A DNA stretch of 61,874 nt, the filler included, from Choristocarpus tenellus KU-1152 (taxonomy: Eukaryota > Protista > Phaeophyceae): assembly GCA_964200185.2 (NCBI GenBank). It is 10 parts of 10 records of this genome, joined end to end, with 100 filler letters (N's around TTAATTAATTAA, not from the genome) between each part and the next. Parts side by side here need not be neighbours in the genome. Positions count along the whole stretch, not along the records: positions 10,437 to 18,299 come from CAXNAD020005478.1; positions 18,400 to 24,023 come from CAXNAD020010211.1; positions 24,124 to 31,887 come from CAXNAD020005619.1; 7 more parts are not named here. One strand, given 5' to 3'. The notes below the pieces were generated by a model. The model was not told the origin of the DNA and made no database searches. It saw only the letters and a list, made by a program, of their open reading frames with translations. Shown one piece after another: positions 12,242 to 25,804 of this stretch. Each line of letters opens with the position of its first letter. Within the stretch, counting starts at the first letter, position 1. The position numbers and the translations under genes are program-made.

Positions 12242-13628
12242 TATAGTGGTACGAGTAGCTTCGCCCTCTGGGGTTGTCCCATCATAACGTTTGATGTAGA
12301 CATCGGATTTTAAAAATAAAAGCAGGGCTAATAACGACATAGTATAATTTTTATTGGTTTCCCCCCTGACACATCTGCAAAATGTCAGAGGGCATAATAA
12401 TAAAATAAAAGCATATTCGTGATGCTCGTCACAATGCCCTCCTGAGTACGGACTTCGCTTTTTTTCGTCATATATTTTTGAAGAAAGAGCGGTCATATTG
12501 GGGTTCGAACCCAGGATTGTAGGTCACCAAGAGTGGCAACAGATATACTATTACTTGATTAAAGTATAGGGTTTAGACACTAAAAAAGCCTCCCTACCCT
12601 TTTTCTTCCTGTTTGTTCGCAGACCCACTCTTTGACCTCGTCAAGGATATACTCGTCGAGACCCAGAACGAAACGCCTCTCATCGCGCCCTTGCTCCGAC
12701 ACTTTGATTTGGCCCTTAGGAAGTCTCTCTCCCATTTACTCACAGTTTCCGACCTGAGCGCAATGGCACGTAGTCGCACTGCTCTCCTCCCCAACCTTCC
12801 CTCCAGGTGGTCACTCTGGTTCTCCTTTCACCTGCGGTGACCAGGCTTCCCCACAGACTTCATCACTGTACCACACCTGGTGATGGACTTGCTGTTCTCT
12901 TCCTGCTTTCCTGAGGCGGCAGAGACTGCAGAGCAGCGCTCCGACATGGTTGAAGATCCAACCACGTTTGTGTAGTAATGCTTTCGTTCCATCTTCTCTC
13001 AGGGTCAGTGTCGCGACTGTGTGGTCCATCTCGCGATTCGATCATCCTGTTGTGCCACACTACTCGCGCTTTCTCGTCACTTAACATCGCACTGAGTTTC
13101 ACACGGTACTTGTTTTTCTGGCCCCTCTCGACAGAGAAGGTGCCGAGGGTAGATCAAGAGGGCAGAGTGGCCTCGGCAGCTCTCCTTGTCTCACGGTTGT
13201 GGTACATGTTGTTGTGAAAGTCACGTGTGTTTGTGCTCACAAAAGTCTGGAAAAGGCGTTAAAAAGAGGAAAGTCTTGTAGGGTTTTTCTGTGTTTTTTT
13301 TTTCGGTGAGGGCCGCACACCCAAACTTGGGCAGCGACGTTTCTCCGACCAGTTTCTTGCAAGGAGTTCAACCAACCAATTCATATTTCCAAGTTTTGAA
13401 GTCGTGACTTTCAATATTGCGCCGGAGATATTCCCCGCGTTTTTTCCATTATTTTATCAGGACATAGTTACCGTTCACCAAAGTTTCTACATTATTCCTG
13501 TATATAAACCTTCAAAATGTCTCGTCATAAGCTTTCATTTTATATATATCGTTGTATATCTGTTGCGGTGTTCCGGTGAGAAAAAGCAGAACTGCCACAG
13601 AGGGCGAAGCTACTGGTGTACCACCTTA
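12242..13628 (-). mobile_element. Non-autonomous TIR transposon, Tc1/mariner(IS630)-like, copy 1
   Basis: TIRs TATAGTGGTACGAGTAGCTTCGCCCTCTG and CAGAGGGCGAAGCTACTGGTGTACCACCTTA, TA-bounded. Homologous along its length to 47040-49781. Carries a decayed minus-strand ORF. Confidence 0.75.
12325..12401 (+). mobile_element. 77-bp 5'-truncated retro-insertion ending in hairpin+(TAA)n
   Basis: Flanked by 12-bp TSD AAAATAAAAGCA (12313-12324, 12402-12413). The empty site AAAAGTAAAAGCATATTC is present in the paralog at ~47371. Confidence 0.8.
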
Positions 13629-14313
13629 CAAAGTTAATTTTACTCAACTCTCCTCATTCTGGATGAGTGGACGCATGCGATGGCAAAGAGATATTCTCAT
13701 CAGGTACATTAGCGCTCGTGTGTGCTAGAGGTTACTGTCCCTTGCATTATGCCTCTCTTCTTTCATGAAATGTACATAATTTGATTACCATGGAATGACC
13801 AACCTTGACAAAACCAAGCACAACAGGGTAAGTGATGGGGACTTTAGAGGTGAGTCACACTTGCTCCTTGTCTTTGAGTGGCATGATCACCCCAACATGA
13901 TATAATGACCGTACTATAACCTCATAATATGTCATTGAGAGCTGAGATTGCCCTTGTCTCCGCTTGGAATATTGTCGTTGTTGTGAGCAGTATCTCCAAT
14001 CGTATCAAATGTCAATGAGGAGAAGTAGTGTATACACATCGTCTGTTGATCTTGTCTGCTCTGTTGATTTTAATGATATGGTACAAGCATTCGCGTTTTT
14101 TTCACATTGGAAGTGTTGATAAAAATGATCGTGTATCACTCGTTAAGCATAATCAGATCGCAAATGCTATTATTCAAGTGTCACTGTCATCCTAAAGCAT
14201 TTACTTCTTGTTTCCCCATCCTTGTGTATCCTCTGTATGTGCAACATACCAGAGATCTATATGCTGGCCCTATATACCTCTCGACTCGTATTTAGGCCGA
14301 CTACATTGCTGGC

Positions 14314-14475
14314 CCCATACCTTCAGACCTTGAGCTTGATGATGCTACGTTGAATACGTACCAACCTCACTTGTGCTTTGATGTGCTGATCCCATACCTT
14401 CAGACCTTGAGCTTGATGATGCTACGTTGAATACATACCAACCTCACTTGTGCTTTGATGTGCTGATCCCATACC
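14314..14475. repeat. 77-bp tandem duplication (~2.1 copies)
   Basis: CCCATACCTTCAGACCTTGAGC... starts at 14314, 14391 and 14468. Confidence 0.9.
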
Positions 14476-15439
14476 CTCAAACGTCGTAAAAGATGGATTG
14501 CTATGCTGACTACATATACCATCAACTTTATCATCGACTAATGCTATCCCAATCAGATAGTATTCGCTAATGCGATGTTTATTATGTTTATACACTTATT
14601 ACGCTTCATTTTGTATCGACGAAGTCGTGTAATATTACAACAGTGCATTATTATGCTAACCATGATGACAAGCGTTCCCCATTATTTGCTACTAGAGGTC
14701 ACCTTTTCACTGGTCTCGAATCGTGCTTGCATGTCTTCCACACCAATCTACAGAATGACGGGTGACGTTGAAAGGAGGTATGTCTGATGCAACACCGTTT
14801 TTTGTCGTACTATACGTCGTCGCACTGTTTGATTTTATTGGAAAACCCTCCTGACGACCCAAATAAAGTACCATTCTACAGGGGAGGATCATTCAGAGAG
14901 GAATCAATCAAACAAGGGATCCTTTGAGAGGTCCCTTATCTGAACCGTTGCTCTTCCCTCTTGTCACTCTATGTTAACTAGTGATTCTCTTCACCTCCCT
15001 TATCTGCTCAATCAACAACACGACAAGATGAGATTGTATGACAAAGAATGACAAGCATGTTGCTACCATGGCAAAATGACAAAATAGGGTAAATACTCTT
15101 ACATTGTTTGTGTTACGTGTTATGTGGTCCATTACATCAACAATACAATACTATTTGAGTGGGAAGGAGGTGAGAGGTGTTGCCTTGGATTCAACTTGGT
15201 ACCCTCATCACCGTGCTTGGCGAGTTCTTGTATGTGATAGCAAGTATGTATTACTGCTTCATTCCCTTGATGAGCACAGATGTTGACGTGATGATTCGTA
15301 TTTGTTGTATACCTTCTGCTCTCAGACGTTGGGATACCTTCTGCTCTCAGACGTTGGGACATTCTAACATCAACTACTGTTTGGGCAATCGCTCATAGCG
15401 CTGGGTACATCCATGGTAGGATGGACCATTGCAGAAGTT

Positions 15440-17200
15440 TGGAGAGAGGGTGGAGAGGAGGTTAAGGCTCCAGCTGAGGGTGTTGGTGAGTACTGATATC
15501 AACATGACCCAGTTCAAGATTATCTTCAGCGTAGTGGTTAATATGCGGTACTCCTCTTAGTCGAGTTCGACTCCACAAGAAGGATTGTTGTTCCTTGGTG
15601 TTTGATCTCTCTAGAGACGAGCTCTAATTGAGTTGGAAGAAATGCTTCATATATGAGCCAACGTACAGCCTCAGAAATACGACACCATCCCTGTGTAACA
15701 CTCAATAAGTACGTAGGCACTCAGTTGCGGCAGTCAGTCGATACTCCGTCTCATGTGCATGTTGTGTTCCAGGTGATGAAATCGTGGTGCCTGCAAACCG
15801 ATCTTCTTGCTATGAACAAGAGGAAACAACTCCTTGCCTGGTTCGTGTTGCCTTGCTTAGAACCTGCCTCTCGGAGCACTATGGACAGCACATTCCAAGG
15901 TGAAGTCTACTGCCTCAGATTGCTAATGTAACATTATGTTTCCGACCTTTAAGGTCGATTCGTCGTCTCGGTTTAAAGTGCAAGTCACAGAGTGCATTCG
16001 GATCCCTTCTATGCGTCAAGATGTCACGTCTTCCTCATTAGTCATCTTTCGACAATACACTTTTTTCTGGCTCCCCTTTCTCTCATACACCCTGATACAG
16101 TAGTCCCTCTCCACATGCCCTTCCCATGAAGCGCTTCACCTAAAGTATCATCTCGAGGATTTCTTCTTCGCTTCCCATCTTTATCGAATAGGATCTGGAT
16201 CAGTCAGCCTGCTGCTTTCTCTCTCTCGAAGATACCTCTTTGTGGCTGACTCTCCCATGGCCGTGTCAATTCGTTTCAACCTTTGACTACTCACTCCCCA
16301 TTGATTGAGTACTTTGTTGCATTGCTGTCCAATCCTCGCTACGCTGTGCTACCGGCATTTCTGGTCTCACTGCCCACCCCCTTCCCTGTTGCTGCACTTT
16401 TACTCAAATCGAAAAAAGGATATTCTGTGATCTTCTAGAAGACGTGGAAGTGAGCAGCAGGAGTGGAGGCAGGGCGGGGCTACAGTTCCATGTGACGGAG
16501 TACAATGTGATCGAGGGGCACTATCCTCGCCTGTGGGAGGAGTACGACGGTACATATTGCACAGTAGCTGGCATCTATTGCAGGCGGTTGATAACCTCCT
16601 GATTGCTTGAAGTATCATCGTAGTATTTGGAAAATCTTCCCAAGCAATGCGTATGTACATGTCACTGCAGTTACCTCACTTCACAGGTGGTGATTAGCTG
16701 TGTTCCCCCTTCAGCCCTATTGCTTTCTTGCCTACCATGTTGCAAGGGTGGGATTCATTCATTGGCGTTCTTGTGGTGACAGAGTCTAGATCACATACAC
16801 AGATTCCTCTGTCCCCCACCTCCCCTGGGTTCCAAACTCAGGCCAAGCTATGGGCAACAGGTCACATCGAAGTAGAATTAACAAGGTGTACCCTGTTTTC
16901 CTATTATTAATAAACAGGTATATTCGCTACTACTGTGCTGCAAATTGTACCCTTTTCTGTCCCTTCCAGACAGAACAAAAAGAGGCCTCCAAACAAGCAG
17001 GTGTTACCGCTGCTTCCATGTGCTCTACTAATATTCCAAATATACACAATTTTGAAGTACTTAATAGGGGCCCCTGCTTGATCAAATCGCTGTGTGTCCT
17101 GCAGGTTGAACCTCCATGCAGTTTTCACTGGTATAGCCCTAAAATTGCCCAAACCTAACCTTGATCTAACCGTACGCATACCTTCCAGGGTATGTAATAC
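15440..17200 (-). mobile_element. Highly decayed Copia-like pol (integrase/RT/RNase H remnants)
   Basis: Frameshifted fragments such as IYLFINR (integrase), PIR.RWEAKKK (RT start) and HQGTTILLVESNSTKRS (RNase H DNQGA...KH-like), in Copia domain order. Confidence 0.4.
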
Positions 17201-17580
17201 CTGGGGGGATATCTAGCGCCTACGATAAGGAGGCGTGGATGGTTACCCTTCTGGAGGAAGTGAAGGGCATGGCTAAGGTCAGGAGGTGAGAGCCCGACGC
17301 GCAACATGCAACAGAAATTTCCAAGAAATAGTTGCAGCAAAAGTTTAGAGTAGTTCCTGTGGTACAATCTACTTTAGCAGAATGGCATCAAAGCTACGGT
17401 CTTCTTCTCCCCCTCTCTCTTGGCAAGAAACACACCGTGCTTTTGCCGTTGTTGCTGCTGTGTGTGCACATGCTCATGACAGTAGTCTAATCATCGGACT
17501 TTATTACAGGGTTAGGTCGGTTGAGCTTGCCCTTGAGGAACTCCCTGCCAGAGTGTGTAGTTAGCCGCAGGGTTCAATGC

Positions 17581-17582
<2 letters not shown>

Positions 17583-17618
<36 letters not shown>
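17583..17618. repeat. (GA)n microsatellite
   Basis: About 18 GA units. Confidence 0.95.
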
Positions 17619-17620
<2 letters not shown>

Positions 17621-18246
17621 CATCTTAAACAGTGACCTGTAATTTTGCAGGGCGTGTCTGGGTAACAGTCTTGGCATACGCAATACTTTCTTGTTTCTAT
17701 GTTGCGAGTGTCTCATAAGAACCGAACATGGACATTAGTGATAAACTTTTTTTCCCTAAACACTATAGTCAGTAGCGATGCAATACTGTAATATCCGAGA
17801 CGTATTGTACTGTACATATTTTGAATGCTTGCGCCTTTTGCTCGGGGCCATCTTTTCGACTGGAGGCGTTTGCTACCGTACGTAACAGGCGGACACACTT
17901 TCGGTGATGGTATGTGTGTCTGTTGTGTCACACCTAGATTCCTAAGTCGTAGCCCTGTGGCCCTCTCGCTGCTCGCATTATCTGTCCCTTGTTAGGTCAC
18001 ACACGGGCACACACAGCGTTTGGTCTCAGGGGTCATTATCTGTTGGCATGTTATATGTTAGCCTTCAAAAAAAAAAATGTAATTGTACTTTAAAACGTTC
18101 CCAAAAGGTAATTAGAATTGTTAAGTTTTTTTTAATGTTTTTTGACCGGTGAAGAAAAAAAAAATTATTTTATTTTTTCTTTCTGGAAAGAATTGCCCAA
18201 ACCCTAACCCTAAGCCCCCAACCCTCATTTCATTCGCCTTTCCCCG

Positions 18247-18277
<31 letters not shown>

Positions 18278-18399
18278 GGGGGTGGGCCATCATGCAGGCN
18301 NNNNNNNNNNNNNNNNNNNNNNNNNNNNNNNNNNNNNNNNNNNTTAATTAATTAANNNNNNNNNNNNNNNNNNNNNNNNNNNNNNNNNNNNNNNNNNNN

Positions 18400-18685
18400 C
18401 CAACATATCATCCACATGGACGGCAAGATTCATCTTGACAACACCATATTTCCTGAATCTAAATACACACGGGTCAATCAGACACTGCTCAAAACCATTA
18501 CGCTTAAGGATGAAAACCAGCTTGGTATTCCAAGTCCTAGAGGCTTGTTTTAAACCATATAGGGATCTGTGAAGGCGTACAGTCGTATAAGAAAGATCTC
18601 TACATCCCTGTCGATTGAACAAATGCCTGCTCCACATCTAGGTGCCACAAAGGCAAGTCCAACTCACATGCCATACTGGCCATCA
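18400..18685 (-). mobile_element. Copia RT fragment
   Basis: RQGCRDLSYTTVRLHRSLYGLKQASRTWN...DPCVF...AVHVDDML. Confidence 0.92.
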
Positions 18686-18939
18686 GACCCAAAGTATCTT
18701 AGAGGGTAGAACCGCGTCCATTTGGGGCCCAAATTGCAATGTTGCGATTTTGATGTAATTTATCGTGTTTGTTAGGAAGTGTCAGTATCCATGTTCCGGA
18801 CACACCTTTTCATGTCGAATACATTTGGCCTTCTCCGAAACATTTTGAATCAGGAAATGTCATTAAAAAAAAACATTGGAAGCCACGCCCCAAATGGACA
18901 AACAGGGCAAAACTCGTACCCTCTATGTTACTTTTACTC
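18686..18939. mobile_element. MITE family A without TSD
   Basis: Family-A sequence; flanks ATCA/AACT do not match. Confidence 0.9.
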
Positions 18940-19024
18940 AACTCACCCACTAATTGATTGTTTCATTACTCTATACATATTCTACCGTAACTGTCCGATA
19001 GAGTTGGAAGAGTCTAATCGAACA

Positions 19025-20223
19025 CTAGACGTCTTCATACCCAAGTTAGATGGGGACATAGAGGTTGGAGGATTGGTTTCCTTTATTGAGCAACGCAGAC
19101 AAGAACTTCAGGGAGGTGCGATAATTCCTAGAGAGACGGATGACTACAAGACAGAAGTACAGAGAGAGAGCCAATGCTTTGAGTGCTAGGTGTTCCCCAG
19201 GACTAGGATCCAAACCAGGTGAGACGTAGTTCTAGCGAAAGAAGTAGGCAGCTCTATTCATGGGAAAAACTAGGTGAGACAAGAGTAGGCAGAAAGCTAA
19301 TCCATGAAAGATGGACGGGACCATGGACTGTGAAGGAAATTTCACATCAGAGTAGTAGCATGAAAGTCGAACTGCTGGGTAGGCAAACACGCACAGGAAA
19401 TGTTGATGCTTCTCATGTGAAACCCTTCCACATAAGACCAATTCATCTGAGACATGACTTCCAAGAAGAATATGCCCAACTAGTGTGGGAATCGGACCTG
19501 GGTCTATCAGAGCAATCCGTGGTAGCAACCCCTATGTACACCCCCTTAATGATAGGAGAGCAGTATTATCGCCATCCAGTGTATGGCACTGGGAGTACCG
19601 GGGGAAGTATCAGAATGGAGAGTTGTCAGATTGGGTAACCGAGAAAGAGGCTATGGATACCTTCACCCCACTACAGTTGGATGTCTTCCGAGCCAAAGTA
19701 TCTTTGAGGGTAACCCCGCGTCCATTTGAGGGTCAAATTCCAATGTTAAGATTTTGATATAATTTTGGCAATCGTGTTTGTTAGTAAGTGTGAATTCCCT
19801 TGATCCAGACACACCTTTTCATAACATACACATTTCACCTACTCCGAAAAGTTTTGGAGTAGGAAAATGTAATAACAAAACCCCATGGGAACCCAAGCCC
19901 CAAATGGACAAACAGGGCAAAACTCGTACGCTCTAACATAGTTTCATTCTTCCATGCCCTCTAGGACCTCTATAATCCAGACACGAACTCACGTCCTACT
20001 GACACCTCTCGCCAAGGAAAATCCTTGTCTAGAGAGGATGTATTACGCCTTTTCCCCACAGGTACCATTGTCAAGAAGTCGTGGAAAAGATGAGAAGGGA
20101 AGCGATAAGTGGTACACAGGTACAGTTTTTTACTTCAAGTCACCTTACTGGAGGGTACGGTTTAATGATGGAGATTGGGAGGAATTGAACAAAAGCGAAA
20201 TGAGTCGCTTCTCCCAAAAATGA
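19025..20223 (+). mobile_element. Gypsy-type LTR retrotransposon 3' pol (post-integrase GPY/F region, chromo/Tudor-like tail), interrupted by a MITE
   Basis: KLIHERWTGPWTVKE...HVKPFH...WEYRGKYQNGELSDWVTEKEAMDTFTPLQLDVF|HAL...WYTGTVFYFKSPYWRVRFNDGDWEEL, with frameshifts and stops. Confidence 0.75.
19690..19949. mobile_element. MITE family A inserted in Gypsy pol
   Basis: TSD TTCC; removing it restores DVFHAL. Confidence 0.93.
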
Positions 20224-23200
20224 TCCAACAGGAAACCACTATACATCCAGGAGGCAAGGTACGTGAGGACTAACTGATTCATGTAAGAACACAGGAATCA
20301 AACATTGACAGTCCTAGTCCCCACATAGAACGTAACACACGAGAAGTCAGAAACATGAAGTAACGCTTATCAGCCCAGGCAGCAATTTTAATAGGGTGCT
20401 TTTGTTTCCTTTTTGTTTCCTTTTTTTCCCCTCCCTTTTAATTTTTCTTCTTATTTTTTTTATTATTATTATTATTTTTCTTCCCCCCTTTCTGTCAGCC
20501 TTGGTACCCCCTTACATCCTTACTTACTTACTTTGCTCTATATTTCTTAAGCTCTATACATCCTATGGAGGTGAGCTCTGGAGCGCGCTGTAACATATAC
20601 TACCTAAAGTACAAAATATTTGAGGCACTACCAAGGCGCACGGCAGCACAATAGCCTTTCTATTTTACAAATAGTCCAGTCCACCATTACCTACACTTCA
20701 AAGAAGTACATATTTCTCAGGGCTTTGCACTTATCAGGTAACTGGAACGGGGACCAGACCGTGGGTCAACTAGGTGTAACACTTCCTAACAGGGATCAGT
20801 CCAGGGCCCCCTTGATGATTTTGCTTGTGCCAGTTTGCATGGAAAAATATCTTCAACAGGGGGTCAAGACCTTTCGATATGTAACAGACAGGCCAGGTTG
20901 TGGGCCGGTCTGGTCCAGACACACTTTGACCTGACCAGGCCAGGAGACTACTGAGCTGAGGCGACTGGACTGGGCGCTCTACATATGAAATTTGACTTGT
21001 TATCTGAATTGTTGCATTGTTAACAATACCATTATGTTAATTACAATCTTCGATGGATATGTTGAAGGGCGTAAGACATGCTGTACCCAAAGCCATGCAG
21101 CAGAGTTGTAAGAAAGTGCAGCCAGTGAAGGGAGAATGGATATAAACCATCGATGTGTACGGGAATGAGCACATTATGAATTACACATGGGTTCTAATCA
21201 AGAATCGTCAAAACCTCATATCAACGCTTGTTGTGAGTAAGACAGGACTAGCCTGACAGTGTACGTTGAGGCCTTGTGTCGTCGCTAACAGAGTCCTGAT
21301 AGCAACTATCAAATCGCTTAGCTTTGCACTGATAGTACAATGAGCTCAGTAGTTTGGACAGAGACGAACTGAAAATGCTGATGTACAGGAGGGAGAGAAG
21401 GTATCTCTCTGCAGGAGGCGTTGGGGGACTGGTCTTAGCATAGTGGAACCTCTCAGGCTTAGGATTGTTGGAGGGACTTCTGGTGGCAAGGTTGGCTTAG
21501 GACTCTCACTGTAGAGGCTTGTGTCTGCTGAGCATAAAGGTGAGTGGAATGTAGTGCCCCATTAGAAGTAGTTCGAAGTAATGTTGAATGGATCTTTTTC
21601 CGTGCTGTTGATATTTTGCAGCTCACTCTTTGAATAAAAGGCTCTTGGGTCAGACTCACAACTTAATTGTCTACATGACTCTCCCTTGTTATAAAACGCT
21701 CCATAACCTTACCATGGTAGGATTTGTACCTCCAATCCACAAGCCTGTAGGCAAATCAATAGGCTTGTAGTGAGCTCCATGAGAGAGGTATCATTGGATA
21801 TGCTGTATCTCTCACTTCGATTATTCACTTTATTCTTTTCATTGGGAAATATAAAAAGGACCGAACAACCATGGATGGCATACGTACGGGTTCATAACAA
21901 AATAGTCAAGATGTACAACACAAAATATCTTGGAGTTCAATGTCACAATGCCGCCTATGAAACAGCCATTAAGAAACATCGCCTGTGACACTTGTACATG
22001 CAGGATGGTTGGTCAACAGAGGTGTTGTAAATCAAGGGGGGGAGATGAAGTTATGTGACATGCACACTGCTTTTGAGTAAAAGAGTGTTTTGAGTCAAAA
22101 GCATCTAGGAGAGCAATTTAGATCAGTTAGAAAAAGCCAATCAAATTGAGAGGTAGGCAGTAGCATTCTAAGGACGCTGAGAAAGGGCAAAAGACGGCAT
22201 TTTGTATAATTGCAGAAAGAGCCTTTGCTTCATTGTGATGTTATTGCGTATGTGTGTATTTTGTGTTTAGGAAGAGGAACATCAATTTTGCATACACTAT
22301 CGTGCACACAAAAAACATCGAAATAGAGTGTATAGCATAGGGTAGGAGAGATGGCCTAGAAGATCCGTTATGATGAATAGGTCCAACAATGCAACAGGCG
22401 GACAATATATCTCGATGGGCCCTAGAAAAGAAAATGGAAATTGCTGACTCGCCTGTTTTACGTTTCCTCTGAGTTCATAGGGCAGCATTGTTTGCCAATG
22501 GCGACAGAGTATTTTTATCACTGTAATCATAGTAGTGTGGATATTCTTCTTGATGTGTCGGAGAAAGGGAGGCCAGTTTCTTCTGATCGGGTACATAGTA
22601 GTTGCCACTTTCGATATCTTTCATGGTGATCAAAGTGGTAGACTAGTGCATTTATCCAAACTATGTACTTTTATGTGGGAAATATCCCCCCGACTCACTT
22701 ATGGATAGGAGTGACAATTAAAGGGATAATGACAAATGTTGTAGAGGAGTGATTATTTTTAACAAAGGTGGCGACCATACAGCCTTGAAGCGCTATGGTC
22801 AACACAGCCAATTCTTATCCATCCATTCATATGCAAGAGGAAATATGGGTTTACCAACTATGAACTATTGCATACTGACTCTACATGAATACTACTATCT
22901 CCAATTAGGTTGGAAGGTTTATTCGAACATTTTACCCTCATAGTGTGCAGTTGTCATGACTTTTTACCTCGACATACCATACATTTGAGTTGAATATAGT
23001 GCTCTAGAGATTAATTCGTCAGAAGCTTGTCAAGATTGTGCTTGACCATTTGAGAGAATATGATTTGGAGTAGTAATTTATGTACGCACAGATGATAATG
23101 CGACATTCAGGATATTTAGGCGGGGTATTGGACCAGAAGTAATCAGCGGACTGTTAGAGTCGGAGTGTTTCTGATGTGTACTAGAGAATTGTCGAATCAT

Positions 23201-23729
23201 TTGGTATTCTGAGTCATTCAATGTAAGGATTGGTGAGCCCCAACTAGTGATGGTATCTCACTCTCTTCTCATCTGTGATACAAGCTATAATAAACAATAA
23301 TATAATTGGTTGTGTGGGACAACAGATCGTCAAGGACAGCTTAACATGCTATAGCACTCTTATAAGCGTGCTTGCGTAGTTATTATACTTGGATTTTACA
23401 TATCACCGCAAAGGAGTCAAGATAAACTACGATGCCCAGGTCAAGATTTGATACAAGTCTAAACTCCATTGATGGTGTAATAGAAGAACCGACAATGACC
23501 CTAGGGGGGGGGTGAGATGTATGATGGGACATCAGCTTTGCAAGGGAGCGAGGTTAGGGCTGGGGCTGGAGATAGAGATACAGTGGGTCGTGGGGGCTAG
23601 ACCCGTATTTGCCCCAAAATTGAAGAAATATTCCTTAAAACAATCTGTGTTTAAGGGGGAACCGGAACGCGGAGGAAGTGGAGCAAAACATTTCTTGCAC
23701 ACGCTCTCTCATCAGGATGGAGGGAGCCA

Positions 23730-23984
23730 CTGGTAGCTAAGGAACATCTGAGGGTATTGTCGTTGGAGCATTCCCCGACGGGTGTGGACCCATATCTGCA
23801 CCATGCGACGACGTATGCTATTAATGCATTGCAGGAGGTGACGACAGGGCCTGCTTTGGACATCGTGCTGACGTACAAATCTCCGAGTGAGGCGTTCGCC
23901 GCACTGGTCAAGAACTATGCTCATTCTGGACAAATGGAGAGAAATCTCGTGTTGAAACCTGAATCGAATGCATCGTACATGTAG
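23730..23984 (+). mobile_element. Copia gag-like fragment
   Basis: ALQEVTTGPALDIVLTYKSPSEAFAALVKNY resembles the Copia gag (UBN2-like) helix region. Confidence 0.45.
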
Positions 23985-24123
23985 GTAAAATGCGTAGACT
24001 ACTAGCGATGAGGAATCATGGTGNNNNNNNNNNNNNNNNNNNNNNNNNNNNNNNNNNNNNNNNNNNNTTAATTAATTAANNNNNNNNNNNNNNNNNNNNN
24101 NNNNNNNNNNNNNNNNNNNNNNN

Positions 24124-24176
24124 TGCATTTTGGCCCCCATATGGACACGGCCCTACCCTCTAAGATAGGTTGGCTC
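24124..24176. mobile_element. MITE family A end at contig start
   Basis: ...CCCTACCCTCTAAGATAGGTTGGCTC. Confidence 0.85.
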
Positions 24177-25424
24177 AGGTTGGTGCCACATGGGACATTG
24201 TCTTCCTTCGCCACGCATTCAATTATCCTCAGTACCATTATGCGGTTGTTGTCATCGTCTTTATCCCTATCGTCGCCATTCTCGTTTACGTCCAGGTTGG
24301 TGTTGGCGATGTAGTTTTCAAGTAGTTTGCCGTCGGGCACACTGGAGGGCATATTTACCCTGCGCATGCCGGCTTTGAAGTGGCTTATGGTTTGCCACCT
24401 CGAGCACAGTGAGAAAGGTTGCCCACTCAGGATCCCCGTGAGCCTATCGGCAGCGACCTGTGGATCTGGCCCCAGCCTCGAGAACATCGACTCCACTCTA
24501 TCATTGTCAAGGAGGTTGTCGTTGTACCTCTGTGACAAGAAGTCAGATGTGGCCAGGTCCATCGTACGTGTCGCGCTGAGGTTCGCGTGATCAAGAAGTC
24601 TGTTGTCTTTTGGTCTTGAGGATTCCTTGGGCCTCTGGCCGACTGTCTGTGAAGGTAGGGGGGAAAATGTTACGGCAACGATATCAGCAAACGAGAAGGA
24701 TGAATGAAATTATCTTAGTGTGTCGACGTTGATGTCGTATTTTCGTGCTGTGACGGACAGAAGGGGTTGAAATGTCGATGTCACCCCGTCATCGCCTATT
24801 TCAACATCAGGAGCGATGCCGAGGAGGATGGATTTGAATACCTGGCAGGTGTGCTCGGTGCTAAGATTTTTCTTTACACATTCTAGGAACGTCTTGTCCT
24901 GGAGATCAGGCGTGGACTCGCGTTGTTCCCGAGCCAGCGCAACTTGCAACACGCTCGCCAATGGTGCAAATCTGCTTTTCTCATCCAACAACCAAGAGGC
25001 AAGGTCGTTCCAAGTGCGGTCGCTTCCTTCCATCTCTTCTTGATCATCGTGGTTGACAAACATGGAGAGGAAGAGGTCCATGATCTGGTCCATTTTGGAT
25101 TTCTTCCAAGAATGGGCTGCACTGGTCTTGGGCAGTCTCTTTAGTCCCCGGTTCCTGAGTGGGATCCAAACGAGGTTGCGATATGAGTTGGGTGGATTTG
25201 TTTCCCATTGACATTAGTGATGGATCTTCACGATGAGAACATAGGTAATACTGCATCTTTGTTCGGGGGAAATGGCTTGCACAATGTTTGGTCAGGAAGA
25301 GTTCCACGGAGTACGGCTCGTATTGGATGACACCCCACTTTGAAAGCATGGAGAAGGGTGCGTTTGATACATCGAGAACCGAAACTGCCCCAATTAGAAT
25401 ATCCTGAGGATGTGTGCAGTGCAT
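24177..25424 (-). pseudogene. Decayed spliced gene of unknown function within a large repeat element
   Basis: ORF pieces 25424-25044, 25093-24710 and 24562-24177 are linked by a frameshift and a pyrimidine-tract/CAG acceptor near 24648. 24712-25138 has an inverted paralog at 31300-31727. Confidence 0.45.
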
Positions 25425-25804
25425 ATGCGGTCACTCGCGAGCCACATCTAGAAGGTTACGAAAACGTACGGTGAGGTATGTAGGACGAAGGTGAATGGGG
25501 GTAGTTTATCGAACGGTAGAGTGTGTGTTTTGATCTGAATTTTGTAAGGGAAACAGTTGACAAGTGCATGGTGGGTGTTGCCCCTGACACTATTGGCGCA
25601 TGTATGTACTACAATTGACGTGTTCCGTCGAACGGTAAACTAATGTGTACGATGGATTTTGTGGTGGAAGGGATACTGAACGTTTCGTGTGATGTCTGTC
25701 AACACATATCCCCACATGCACATACCATCGTATGCGCCCCTTTCTCTATATAGGGGATATGAGATCGCGATTGAGTTTTGTGGTAAGTCGAGGAGGATGG
25801 TTTG

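Noticed and set aside
21000-23500. Further Copia-like relics (also ~13700-14250)
   Set aside because: Only faint, heavily frameshifted motif hints; too weak to delimit by eye.
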